Below, piece by piece: positions 25,435-35,333 of a stretch of DNA of 64,000 nucleotides. The DNA comes from Rebecca billardiae RCC1528 (Eukaryota > Protista > Haptophyta). The translations under genes and the position numbers were made by a program. The DNA is taken from positions 2,356,001 to 2,420,000 of the forward strand of contig OZ251229.1 of the NCBI GenBank assembly GCA_965240325.2. Reading direction: 5' to 3'. Each line of letters begins with the position of its first letter. Position 1 is the stretch's first letter. The notes below the pieces were generated by a model. The model saw nothing but the letters and a program-made list of their open reading frames with translations, was not told the DNA's origin and did no database searches.

Positions 25435-26587
25435 CCGTCGACTCACTCACTCGACAGCTGGCGGCATCTGCACCGCCGTCCAGGGCCGCGCAGTGCGGGT
25501 CGGCAGGGCGTTGCTGCCATCATTGGCCATACAGTATACACCGCGCTGTGACAATAATACGCTGGCACTATAGGCTCCACTTGAGCCCGCTTAGTCGCTT
25601 GCCACCGGGCAGCCCGCGCGATGAGTCGCGTAGTTTAGATCATATTTGCGGCTGCTAATGATCGGCGGGCCTGTCATGCCCGGCCCGAGTGCCCAAGTTG
25701 ATGCCAGCTATCATGCCAGGCTTGGGCTGGCTTGGCCGCTTGGGGCGCTTGGCAATAACCGCCCGAACCGGGCTCGGCGACTCCGCTCGGGGCCGTCGTC
25801 TGACTCGTCTCACGACTGCTCTCGTGACCGTCCGCCGTGGCCGCGACTCGGTCGGTCACTCGGACACCAGTTGCGGACAGTCAGTCAGTAATGACGGTCA
25901 GTCTGACGACTCATCGATCATATCTCGGTCTCGGGTCCACTTATGCACGCACGTGCTCCAATCTGCGCTAGCCAGGCTGCCAGGCCCAGTGCTCCGAATC
26001 AGCTGTGCTGCGGGCACCACAGTAATATAATATCGTATAATCTGCTGCGTAATGAGTAATAACTCTCTCTGAAGCCGCTGAATACACGACTATACAGTAA
26101 CTCAGAACCGTGCCGCTGATGATGCCAGCTCGGGCCTGCTCGCGGCCGCGAGTCGGCTAGGGCACATCACGCGGCCGCTCTCAGCTAATGAGTAACCGTC
26201 TGCCGCGGATGCCAGCTCGCGCCTCGCGGCCGCGAGGGCACACGCGGCCTCTCAGTCTGCCAGTCCGCGTGACCCTGTTGGGCCCGTGTGTGAGTCGGAC
26301 GAGTCGGTGTCTGGCAGCTGACTCGGACTCAGTCTGGCCGGCCGCGCGGACCCGGTGACGGACTCGTCCAGGGCTGACGCGCAGACCACTGGCGACCACC
26401 GCCGAGTCCCGCAGAGACTGACTGGCAGAGTCGCCATTGGCATTGTCATCGTGATCGTCGACAGACGTGGAGACTGGCGTCTGGAGAGCGGCAGCATCTG
26501 AGGCTCCGATTCTGTCTTCTGACCAATGCCCGCGCGACTCGCCAACCGGCGATGCCAGCGCTGGCATGCGCCGTGCACACGCGCTGC

Positions 26588-28105
26588 TCAGTCAGCCCGC
26601 GGCGAGCGAGCGTTCAGCAGGGCATCCGCCGAGCGCACAGCCGCGTCGAGCGCCCAGCTGAAGCCGACGCGCGCGCGGTGCGAGTTGGTCGGCATGCGGT
26701 AGAGGTAGGCAGCGCGCCTCAGCGCGGCGCCCGGCAGCCCACCAATGCTGAGGAGGCCGGCGGCGTCCACCGACGCGTCAGTCGGCCCGTACGTGAGCAT
26801 CTCGCCGAGCTTCGCGTACCGGAACGGCAGCGGCGCCCGGTCCGTCAGCGACGCCCACACGTTATACGCCGCGTAGTCTGACTGCTGCACGGCCAGCTGC
26901 GCGGTGCGCTCGGCCGCAGGCGTGCCGGCCAGCGGCTGGCACAGCGCCATGTCGCCGATGCAGTAGATGCCGTCGGCGCCCTCGGCCTCGAGGCTCGCGC
27001 GCGTGGCGACGCGCCCGTCCGCGGCCGCGGCGAGCCCGAGCTCCGCCGCCGGAGAGCGCGGCACGGAGCCGGTGCACCAGATGACCAGGTCTGCCTCCAT
27101 CGATTCAGCGGCTGGCGGCGGCGGCGGCGCGGCGGGCGTGGCGTCTGCGGCCGCGTCTGGCGGCGCCGCGGCGCCGCTCGCATCCTGCGCCGTGCGGTCG
27201 GCGCGGCTGTGCGCGTGCGCGGCGTGGGCGCTCGGGCTGGCCTCCGCCGGCGTGAGCGTCGCCACGCGCTCGCTCTCCAGCGCGACGCTGCGGCCGAGGA
27301 GCACCTCGACGCCCGCGTCCTCGAGCGCGCGCTGCGCGAGCTCGCGGCTCGCAGCGCTGCCGTCCGGCAGGAGCGTCGGCCCGCGGCCCACGAGGCTGAC
27401 GAGCCCACGGCGGACGCCGAGGTCGCGCGCGATCGAGGCGGCCAGCTCAATCCCCGAGTAGCTCGTGCCCACCACAAGCACGCGGATCAGCGGCGCCGCG
27501 CTCGACTTGAGCGCGCGCAGCCGCGCGCGCAGCGCCAGCGCGTCCTCCAGCGACCGGAAGGCAAGGCCGCCCGCGCTCGGCGGCGGGGCGGGCTGCGCGC
27601 CGATGGCGAGCACGAGGCGGTCGTACGGGAGCTCCTCGGACGCGAGCGCGGGCGCGTCGGCCACGCCCGACAGCCTCAGCTCGCGCGCGCTCGCGTCGAT
27701 GCCCTCGAGGTTGGCGCGCAGCAGCTGCACGCCCGTGCCCGCCAGCAGCTCGTCCAGCCGGGGGGCGACCTCCCACTCGCTCACGTCGCCGGTGACGAGG
27801 TCGTAGAGCATGGGGAGGAAGACGTGCCGCTCGCCGCGCTCGATCAGCGTGATAGACGGCCGCTGCGCACCCGGCCACGGCATGTCCACCAGCTTGAGCG
27901 CAGCGTTCAGCCCGGCAAAGCCGCCGCCGACGATCGCAATGCGCGGCGCGCCGGTCCCTGCGTCGGACATCGACGCGAGCGCGCGCGTGTGGCGGGAGGC
28001 AGTGGCGACGGCGCGCCGGCCGGATGGGAGCCCTGCCCGCTGAAGCGACCGCGCCGCCGCCATCGATGCCACTGCGAGCACCATCGCGAGCCGGGAGGGC
28101 CGCAT
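26588..28105 (-). CDS. NDC1: type II NAD(P)H dehydrogenase, NDC1/NdbB-like, probably plastid-targeted
   Basis: IAIVGGGFAGL, FLPMLYDLVTG..WEVAP, YDRLVLAIGA, SYSGIELA, IGDMA, TAQLAVQQSDYAAYNVWA, LRRAAYLYRMPT; signal plus transit-like N-terminus. Confidence 0.8.
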   Translation of the reverse strand: MRPSRLAMVLAVASMAAARSLQRAGLPSGRRAVATASRHTRALASMSDAGTGAPRIAIVGGGFAGLNAALKLVDMPWPGAQRPSITLIERGERHVFLPMLYDLVTGDVSEWEVAPRLDELLAGTGVQLLRANLEGIDASARELRLSGVADAPALASEELPYDRLVLAIGAQPAPPPSAGGLAFRSLEDALALRARLRALKSSAAPLIRVLVVGTSYSGIELAASIARDLGVRRGLVSLVGRGPTLLPDGSAASRELAQRALEDAGVEVLLGRSVALESERVATLTPAEASPSAHAAHAHSRADRTAQDASGAAAPPDAAADATPAAPPPPPAAESMEADLVIWCTGSVPRSPAAELGLAAAADGRVATRASLEAEGADGIYCIGDMALCQPLAGTPAAERTAQLAVQQSDYAAYNVWASLTDRAPLPFRYAKLGEMLTYGPTDASVDAAGLLSIGGLPGAALRRAAYLYRMPTNSHRARVGFSWALDAAVRSADALLNARSPRAD

Positions 28106-28212
28106 GGGATGGTCGCGAGAATCTGCCCGAGGACGCCACGGCGCCCGGGCGCCGGAGAAAAGGCGAGCGTCTTCTGCCGCCACCGGACTCAGCACCCACC
28201 TCGCTCGCCAGC

Positions 28213-29016
28213 ATGGCCGGCGTATGCGCGATGTCAGCCTGCTGCCGGTCGGGACTGGCCATGGGCCTGCTGCTCTCGGCAGCAGTGGGGACAGACGTCA
28301 AATTCAAGTTCCCGACGCAGAGCATGGACGTCACGAGCCTCCGCAACTGGTGGGACTCGCCCCAAAACGATGTGTTCGCCCACCGTGCAAACTACTTCAA
28401 CTACACGCTGGCGAATGATGTCAGTGAGCTGGCCCGAAATATCGAGAGGCGCAAGTCTTTCTGGGAACGCACGTGGATGGGCGCGCTTGGCAACATCACG
28501 GGCAAGACGGTCGTCGATTACGGCGTGGGCGCAGGCCACCTCGGCCTCGTGCTGCTGCGCGACAAGGGCATTGCACGGTACGTCGCCGTCGACATCTCAC
28601 GCTCGTCGCTCGAAGCGACGCGCACGACCATCGCAGGCGCTGGCCTGCCACTCTCGCGCGTGGAGACGCACCTCGTGCCCGTCGAGTTCCGCGCGCTCAA
28701 TGCCGAGATCTTCATCTCCCTCGCCGTGATTCAGCATTTCCCCGACGCGGCATTTGTGCGCTCCTTCTTTGCCAACCTCGATCGCTCTGGCATCAGCGTG
28801 CTGATTCTGCAGACGCGCGCGACGGCGTCGCCGCAGCAGCGCGAGACGCACGGCGGTACGGCGAACGCGATTTACGGCACGCGGCTCTCGACTGCGCGCG
28901 TCGCTGAGCTGCTGCCCTCCTACTGCCTGGTGCAGCACTCGGCCATCTCGCCCAAGACCTTCTACCAGCACCTGCACCTCATCAAGAAGCTCGGAACCTT
29001 CAAATGTGGCGTGTGA
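28213..29016 (+). CDS. class I SAM-dependent methyltransferase
   Basis: TVVDYGVGAGHLG, YVAVDIS, FISLAVIQHFP. Confidence 0.8.
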   Translation: MAGVCAMSACCRSGLAMGLLLSAAVGTDVKFKFPTQSMDVTSLRNWWDSPQNDVFAHRANYFNYTLANDVSELARNIERRKSFWERTWMGALGNITGKTVVDYGVGAGHLGLVLLRDKGIARYVAVDISRSSLEATRTTIAGAGLPLSRVETHLVPVEFRALNAEIFISLAVIQHFPDAAFVRSFFANLDRSGISVLILQTRATASPQQRETHGGTANAIYGTRLSTARVAELLPSYCLVQHSAISPKTFYQHLHLIKKLGTFKCGV

Positions 29017-29274
29017 CGGTACGACGGTACGTGACTCAGCGGAACGGTTCGTCCGTTGGGTTGGCCGCTGAACCTCAACCGCGCGCCGGTTAATTCGATA
29101 CAGCAGCTATGCAAGTCGTGTCATCAATCTAATCATCGGCATCTCGCCTCAATCAGACAGTAGTCTGCCGTCCTGCCGACGACGTCGTCGTAAATGCGCG
29201 CCCGGTTCATACCGTATGGGCCTGTTTTAATTCTACGAGAGCCCAACGGCGACATCAGCCAAAACGCGGTAAAA

Positions 29275-30363
29275 TGACCGCGTTCCCGTTCCGCGGTCCT
29301 TTTCTGCATAGAATCAACGCAGTTGGGGGCCCGCGGTGGCCCGAGTGCTATCGCGTCACTCTCCGCCCTGGCAGTTCGCCAGTTGAAGTACGGTTCTGAG
29401 TCCGCGACCGTGGCATCGCCTGCCTGCGACTTCGAGACTCACTCACTCGAACACTTCACAGCAGCGCGAGACTCTAATCACAGCAGCGGACCTCGGAGAC
29501 CGCACCGGTCAAATCCGAGGACGTCCGTCTGACAACTATCTAGCTGCCAAATGTCCAACTGGCTTAATCAGCTCGGATCCGGGCGACCCGTCCCGCGTCC
29601 GCGATCGTGCCGAGTGAGTCGTGCCACAGAGCTCGGACTAGTCGGAGTATTGTCAGTACTGAAGGAGTCGGGTGTGACAGCAGGGTGCTTTAGCGCTGCG
29701 GCCCGTACCAGCCAACAACCAGACGTACTCTGGCCACTTGACCCGTTGCACGGGTGAGGGACCGTACGCCCTCAGCGGGCCAGTGACTGGCAGTCGGAAA
29801 ATGCGACGTTGTCGTTGATTGCAACTAGGGCTGGGCGATGGCGGCCGGGCGCGACGAGCCTCTTATCGTCGGAAGATTGAACGGGAACCCCCTTGGTAGA
29901 AAGAATACCCTGCTACTGTAGGACCCCCGTGCACATGCACATTTAAAAACACGTCCGGCCCTGGCGTCCGGTTGGTCCCGGGGCCGGGCTCGGGGCTGGC
30001 GACCAAGTTTTGTTCCGTATGAATATTTACAACAAATCGCAGCTAGATATTCGTTCACTACCCAGATATACTGATAAAGGCGCGTCCATCCAGGCTCACG
30101 TCCGTCCATCGACATATGGATATGCGGAATGGCGTGGGCGCGCTTATTTCGTCAATCGCGTCTTGCTAATGGAGAGCAATGGGCCAATGTACCCCTCGAA
30201 AAAGCGAAAACTCACCCTCCAGCAGCCCTCAAATTCGTCCCCCGTCATCCCCTTTTCTTTGATCAAAAGATCGTCTTTTGACTTTTTGACAACGTCGTAG
30301 TGAGGGCCCCCGCCGCCCCCGGCGGGGCTCCACGCTACGCGCTCCGCCCTACACCGCGGGCCA
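29275..30363 (-). mobile_element. non-autonomous Helitron2/Helentron-like element (copy B)
   Basis: The minus strand begins TGGCCCGCGGTGTAGGGCGGAGCGCGTAGCGTGGAGCCC, as at 1387 (+). It ends with subterminal CACCGCGGGCC and a GACCGCGGAAC..CGCGGTC hairpin. Confidence 0.65.
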
Positions 30364-31545
30364 TTAGTAGTAAACGGCGGTTGTGACGACATCGGCCCCA
30401 GACTCTGAGTCTGACAGGCTACCGTGCGCGGCCTCGAACATGAGCGGCCACCCCTCGATGCCCTGCACGAGGGCCGCCTCGGGACCGTTGTGCGCCTGGT
30501 TCATGCCCGCCGCGTGACGGGCGTTGGCATCCACCTCAGCGCCTGCTGCGCGCAGGAAGTACTGCACGAACTCGCCGCGGTACAGCACGCGCCGCTCGGG
30601 CGGCATTGCGCCGCCGTCGGCCTGCACTCGCAGGGCGCCCCGCCGCGCCACCACCTCGCCCTGCGTCTCGAGGTCGACGAGCAGGCCGACGCCGCGCCCG
30701 CCATCAAAGTGGCGGCACCACGCGAGCCGCGCCGGCTGGAGAGAGGGGTCGGCGGGGTCCAGCGCCAGCGCGGGTGGCCGCTCGGGGGACGTCGTGTACC
30801 GGATCGACGTCTCGCTGCCGCCGATGCTCACGTCGTGCGCGGGCGCGAGCATGGCCTGCTCGTACGCATTGCCCGCGCGCTCGGACAGCTGCGCAAACGC
30901 CGCGCTGTACTGCACGCCAAACATGATGTCCGCGAGCCCCGCCGCGCGCACGCTGGCGGTCGAGTCCGCGCTATCGTTCGCCGCGCGCTGCGACTCCTCG
31001 GCGAAGTACTGCTGCAGCCGCCGCCGCCGCTGCCGGCGGCGCTCGGCGACGTCCATCGCCGCGCCGTCGACCACCTCGACCTGTGTAGCTGAGGCCGGGA
31101 TGCCGGCTGCGGACATCTCGCCGGAGCTGCCCGCGTCGGCGAGGACAGCCAGTCCGGGCTGCTGCGGCGCCTGCCATCCCGAGGCCGCCGAGCTCGAGGC
31201 TGCGCCGGGCGCCCCCATCGGGGCGGGGCGAACGGCGCGAGGCTGCGCGCGCGGGCCCGCCGCCTGCGCCGCCTGCGCCGCCTGCGCCGCCTGCTCGTCC
31301 GCCTTGCTCAGCCGCTCCACAAGCTCCGCCTTGCGCCCGCTCACCTTGAGGCCCTTCGCTCGGCAAATCGCCTTGAGCTCGTAGACCTTGAGGTCAGCGA
31401 GGGACTGCGTGGCGACCATGAGCAACCGCGTGCGCCGCGGCACGCGCGCCACCCGCAGACTGCTCGGACAGCGCGCCGCAGTACGGGCGTGCACGCACGA
31501 GAGGAGCCACGCGACGAGCAAGGCACGGTGCGCCCACGGAGCCAT
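30364..31545 (-). CDS. SAP-domain protein with C-terminal cold-shock-like domain; signal/transit peptide
   Basis: LADLKVYELKAICRAKGLKVSGRKAELVERL is a SAP motif; WCRHFDGGRGVGLLVD..VLYRGEFVQY is CSD-like. Confidence 0.7.
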   Translation of the reverse strand: MAPWAHRALLVAWLLSCVHARTAARCPSSLRVARVPRRTRLLMVATQSLADLKVYELKAICRAKGLKVSGRKAELVERLSKADEQAAQAAQAAQAAGPRAQPRAVRPAPMGAPGAASSSAASGWQAPQQPGLAVLADAGSSGEMSAAGIPASATQVEVVDGAAMDVAERRRQRRRRLQQYFAEESQRAANDSADSTASVRAAGLADIMFGVQYSAAFAQLSERAGNAYEQAMLAPAHDVSIGGSETSIRYTTSPERPPALALDPADPSLQPARLAWCRHFDGGRGVGLLVDLETQGEVVARRGALRVQADGGAMPPERRVLYRGEFVQYFLRAAGAEVDANARHAAGMNQAHNGPEAALVQGIEGWPLMFEAAHGSLSDSESGADVVTTAVYY

Positions 31546-31707
31546 GCTGTGTGCGAAGAGTGTGCAACCACGCGCACAGCGACGCGCCCTCGCACGCGCG
31601 AGCACTGACGGCAGCGGCTGCCACGGCGCAGACCTGCGTGCCCGTTCGAAGTCAAAGCGCGGGGAGCGCTCCGAAGCGCAGCCACTGGAATACAGTTTAC
31701 TACTACG

Positions 31708-31744
31708 ACTATGTTTTAACGTGCACACTTGGTTAAGGCGTGAT
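31708..31744. repeat. 37-bp dispersed element (identical at 52709-52745)
   Basis: ACTATGTTTTAACGTGCACACTTGGTTAAGGCGTGAT; both copies have TACAGTTTAC immediately or shortly upstream. Confidence 0.85.
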
Positions 31745-31757
31745 AACGAAAGGGACG

Positions 31758-32642
31758 ATGGCGTCGGCCGGGCATCGCGCCGCCAACTCCACGCACTACT
31801 GGGGCGAGATGGACAGCCTCCACATCTTTTGCGAGCCCAAGTATGCAACGTCGGCGTACTTTGCCGAGTTCTACAACTCGGTCTCCTCGCTCATGTACTG
31901 TGCCGCGGGCGGCCTGCTGCTCACCAAGCAGCCGGTGAGGGCTGACTCGGTCGTCCTCACTCTCGCCTTGTGCTTGATCACGATCGGCGTAGGTAGCACT
32001 GCCTTCCACGGCACCATGCGGTACTCGTATGAGCTGTGGGACGAGCTCCCTATGGTCGCCTTCATGGCAGTCGCGCTCTACGCGAAGGCAGACTGCCTGC
32101 CGCCGCGGCTCGCGCCTCACCGTCGCGCGTTTGTCGCATGTGTCCTTGCCTGGGCCGTGGGACTCGCGGCGGTCTACGTGCACCTGCGCATGTACGAGGT
32201 GTTCATGAACGGCTTCACGGTACTCGTCGCTGCCGACTTTCTCCTGGCCCTCGCGCAGCGCTCCGAGCACGCCGCGATCCGCACCGCACGCGTCGCGTGC
32301 CTCGGCCTGACGGTCCTCGGCAAGCTTTTGTGGGAGGTCGAGAATCGCGCATGTGGTCTGGAGCCGAGGGTGTGGGTGCTGCACGTGGCCTGGCATGCCC
32401 TGTCGTGCGCCGCCGCGTACCTGGGCATCATCGCCAACCTGGCGTACCGCGTCGAGGCAGGCGTCTCCTCGTGCGTGCGCGGTCGCCGCGCGACACTCGA
32501 GATCAACTGGCCCCTGTTCCGATCCACGGTGCGCGTGAGGGGCCCCGCGACGGGTGCGCGCACAGCCGCCGGGCGCTCGTCGTCGGATGTGCGCGCAAGT
32601 GCCACGACTCGGCGCGGTGGCTCTGCGCGCAAGGTGCAGTGA
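31758..32642 (+). CDS. alkaline ceramidase (CREST superfamily)
   Basis: FCEPKY..AEFYNSVSS, GVGSTAFHGTM, WDELPM, LHVAWH; multiple TM helices. Confidence 0.9.
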   Translation: MASAGHRAANSTHYWGEMDSLHIFCEPKYATSAYFAEFYNSVSSLMYCAAGGLLLTKQPVRADSVVLTLALCLITIGVGSTAFHGTMRYSYELWDELPMVAFMAVALYAKADCLPPRLAPHRRAFVACVLAWAVGLAAVYVHLRMYEVFMNGFTVLVAADFLLALAQRSEHAAIRTARVACLGLTVLGKLLWEVENRACGLEPRVWVLHVAWHALSCAAAYLGIIANLAYRVEAGVSSCVRGRRATLEINWPLFRSTVRVRGPATGARTAAGRSSSDVRASATTRRGGSARKVQ

Positions 32643-33026
32643 GCCCGCGTCGGCAGGCCGCCGCCCCCTGCTGCCCGTGTGAGATCGGGCCGGTACACTG
32701 CAGCGCCGGCGGCCACACCGCACACGGTACTATAACTAGGTAACTAGCCTGAGGGCTAGCCTGGCACCGTGGCAGTGGCACTCTGTGGCACCGCGGGCGC
32801 GGGCCGCGCGGCACGTGACTGTCTGTCAGTCACCGCAGTCAGGCAGTCTCCCACGGGGCCGGCGACCGCGCGCACTCGGACCCGTGAGGCCCGCGGCCCG
32901 CGAGTGGCCTGAGTGGAGGTCGATCTTATAGCTTACGTATAGCTTACTAGAGTACTACGTCGACTGAGTTACCGCGCCACCGTTGACAGTGCCGCGCCGT
33001 CAGTCCGGGCCGCGCGGGGCTTGACT

Positions 33027-33600
33027 TTATCGCGGACCTTGTCCGAAGAGTGCCTCCGGAGTCACCCCGGACCGATTACCGGCGAGTGCCTGGCACGCTG
33101 ACACCGTTGGCCCGTTAAACCATGACACCAGCTTCTCGATTTTCGCCAGCAGGCGAGCGCTGAGCGGCGGCGCCGATCTGCTCATGCTGCTGTTCATGAG
33201 CTGAGCGCAGCTGCCGGGGCATTCCGGCCGCACTGTTCGGAAGTGTTCGATCGACGGAGACGATCGACGATCGCAGAGCGGGCAGTGCTCTGCCCCCAAG
33301 CAAGGGCCTCGCACCAACGCCGAATTGTGGACGCTCGGGCACTGCCGCCAACGAAGCAGAAGACCTGCACCGTCATGCCTAGTCCCTGGCAAGGCGGTGC
33401 TTAAAGAAGGGCAGGGTGGTGACAAGGGCGCTAACATCTTCAATCCTCACCGCCATCATTCACACGGGAGTTCTGTGGTCGCGAGGGCTTTTGCCTTTTG
33501 ACGCCAACGCTGGGCCGTCGTCGTCGTCGTCGGCTACATCATCGGTGGGAATCCCCGCCCGCACGGTAAAAATAAGCAAGGACCGAACCACCCGTTCCAG
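33027..33600 (-). mobile_element. degenerate non-LTR retrotransposon (LINE) ORF2 C-terminal fragment
   Basis: LLLRWR..HCPLCD..SIEHF..ECP resembles the CCHC zinc knuckle found after LINE reverse transcriptase; lower GC than host genes. Confidence 0.45.
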
Positions 33601-33671
33601 AAAGGCGATTACTGTAACCTGCCACCGTGAGCCTTACGCACGTTAAAACAAATAAACTGTAGTTCGGACAC

Positions 33672-33720
33672 GGTCCGGGAGCTCAAAAGGTGCAAGTTGC
33701 ACCTTTTGAGCTCCCGGACC
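33672..33720. repeat. perfect 49-bp palindrome
   Basis: GGTCCGGGAGCTCAAAAGGTGCAA-G-TTGCACCTTTTGAGCTCCCGGACC. Confidence 0.95.
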
Positions 33721-33825
33721 ACAGTGGGAGCACGCGGGGCCGCGGCCGTTGAGAGGGGCGGGGGCGGGCGGGCGACGTCGACGTCGCGGCGTTCCACGCG
33801 CTCTGCTGTCGATGACTTGCTGTTG

Positions 33826-34812
33826 GCGGCGCGCGCCGCGCTGGCGAGGTGGCTCGGGCCCATGCGTGCCTTCGAGCGCCCGGCGACCGCGCGCGCATCG
33901 GCTTCCTCCGCCTGTGAGTCGCCCGCGGCCGCGACCGCCGCGCCCTTTGAGTGGGTTGACCGCGCCCGAGCCTGCTCGCCGCCGAGCGCAGGGATGAGTC
34001 GAGCGCGGCGCGAGGCGGCGATCGTGATCGGGCGATCGCATGCGCCCATATGCGCCCCATCTGCCACGGCGCGACCGCTTCAGCGTGCGTATGTCACCCC
34101 ACTTGTCAGGGATGTCGAGTAGCAGGCGAGCACCGTCGGCCAGTGTGTCCGCCCGCGCCGCGTGCGCACAGGGCCATACGACGCGGAAACACGTCACAAC
34201 CGGCATCAGTGCATGGCCATGGCCGTGTACAGCCCCGCGTGGGCCACCAAGGTCATGCCATCCACTGCTCTGCCAGCTCGCAACGTGCGTCAATGCTGAC
34301 GACAACTCTGGTCGAGAAGAAGTTGCTTCTTGAGTTCTGTCACAGTGGTGCACACGGCATCAGTGGACGTCCCCATGACTACGGATGCGGACCAACCGTG
34401 CCCGCCAGCTTGCGTAGCGAAGACATCACCAGACGCCACGGAGCGACATCCGACGCGTAGAGCCCTTCGCGCACGCGGCGCGGGCGGACACGCTGGCCGA
34501 CAGAGCTCGCCCGCTCCCCGACATGCCTGACAAGTGGGGTCACATACGCACGCTGAAGCTGTCGCGCCGTGGCGAATAGGGCGCAGATGGGCGCATGCGA
34601 TCGCCCGATCGTGATCGCCGCCTCGCGCCGCGCTCAACTCATCCCTGCGCTCGGCCGCGAGCAGACTCGGGCGCAGTCAACCCCCTCGAAGCGGGCGGCC
34701 GCCGCGGGCGCGGGCGACTTGCAGGCGGAGGAAGCCGATGCGCGCGCGGTTGCCGGGCGCTCAAAGGCGCGCATGGGTCCGAGCCATCCCGCCCGCGCGG
34801 CGCGCGCCGCCC
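33826..34812. repeat. fold-back: ~340-bp diverged inverted arms with ~300-bp spacer
   Basis: 33826-34168 aligns with the reverse complement of 34468-34812. Confidence 0.85.
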
Positions 34813-35333
34813 AAGTCACGCATATCTCGGTCCGCACGGCCACGCGCCCACCTGTTCGCCATCCTTCCGCCAGTCCGCCACCAGCCGGGGCGCCTGGCGG
34901 CGGAACAACACCCCGTGGAACGGGTGGCCGGTGAGAATCGATCATCAACGAGCATACTTGTAATAATGGCTTGTGGATAGGCATCAAGCTAACCACATAT
35001 CATCGGCCCATACAATTAGTACCTGATGTAGGCTCATCATCCCAAGGCGCTCGCCGTGAAAGTTGGGAAGTGCTTATTAGCGAGTAGTTGGTGACTTTTC
35101 AAGACTTGAATAGCAATTGACGAATGCGTCTTTGTGACGTTTCGTTGATTAGTGAACCCACTTCACGAATCTCTATCTGGGATTCCATCCCAGATGAGTG
35201 GTCATCAGCATCTCCTCAACCACAATTACAAATATCGAACCTACCAGAAGCTCTCCATCGGCGACGACCACCCAACACGGCCCCACCCGGCCGGGAGAAA
35301 GTGACGCCTCCCACGCCCCGGGCTATCCCCCCC

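Noticed and set aside
26588-29016. NDC1 plus methyltransferase as a phylloquinone (MenG) mini-cluster
   Set aside because: The methyltransferase lacks recognisable UbiE/MenG-specific motifs, and tight pairing is general in this window.
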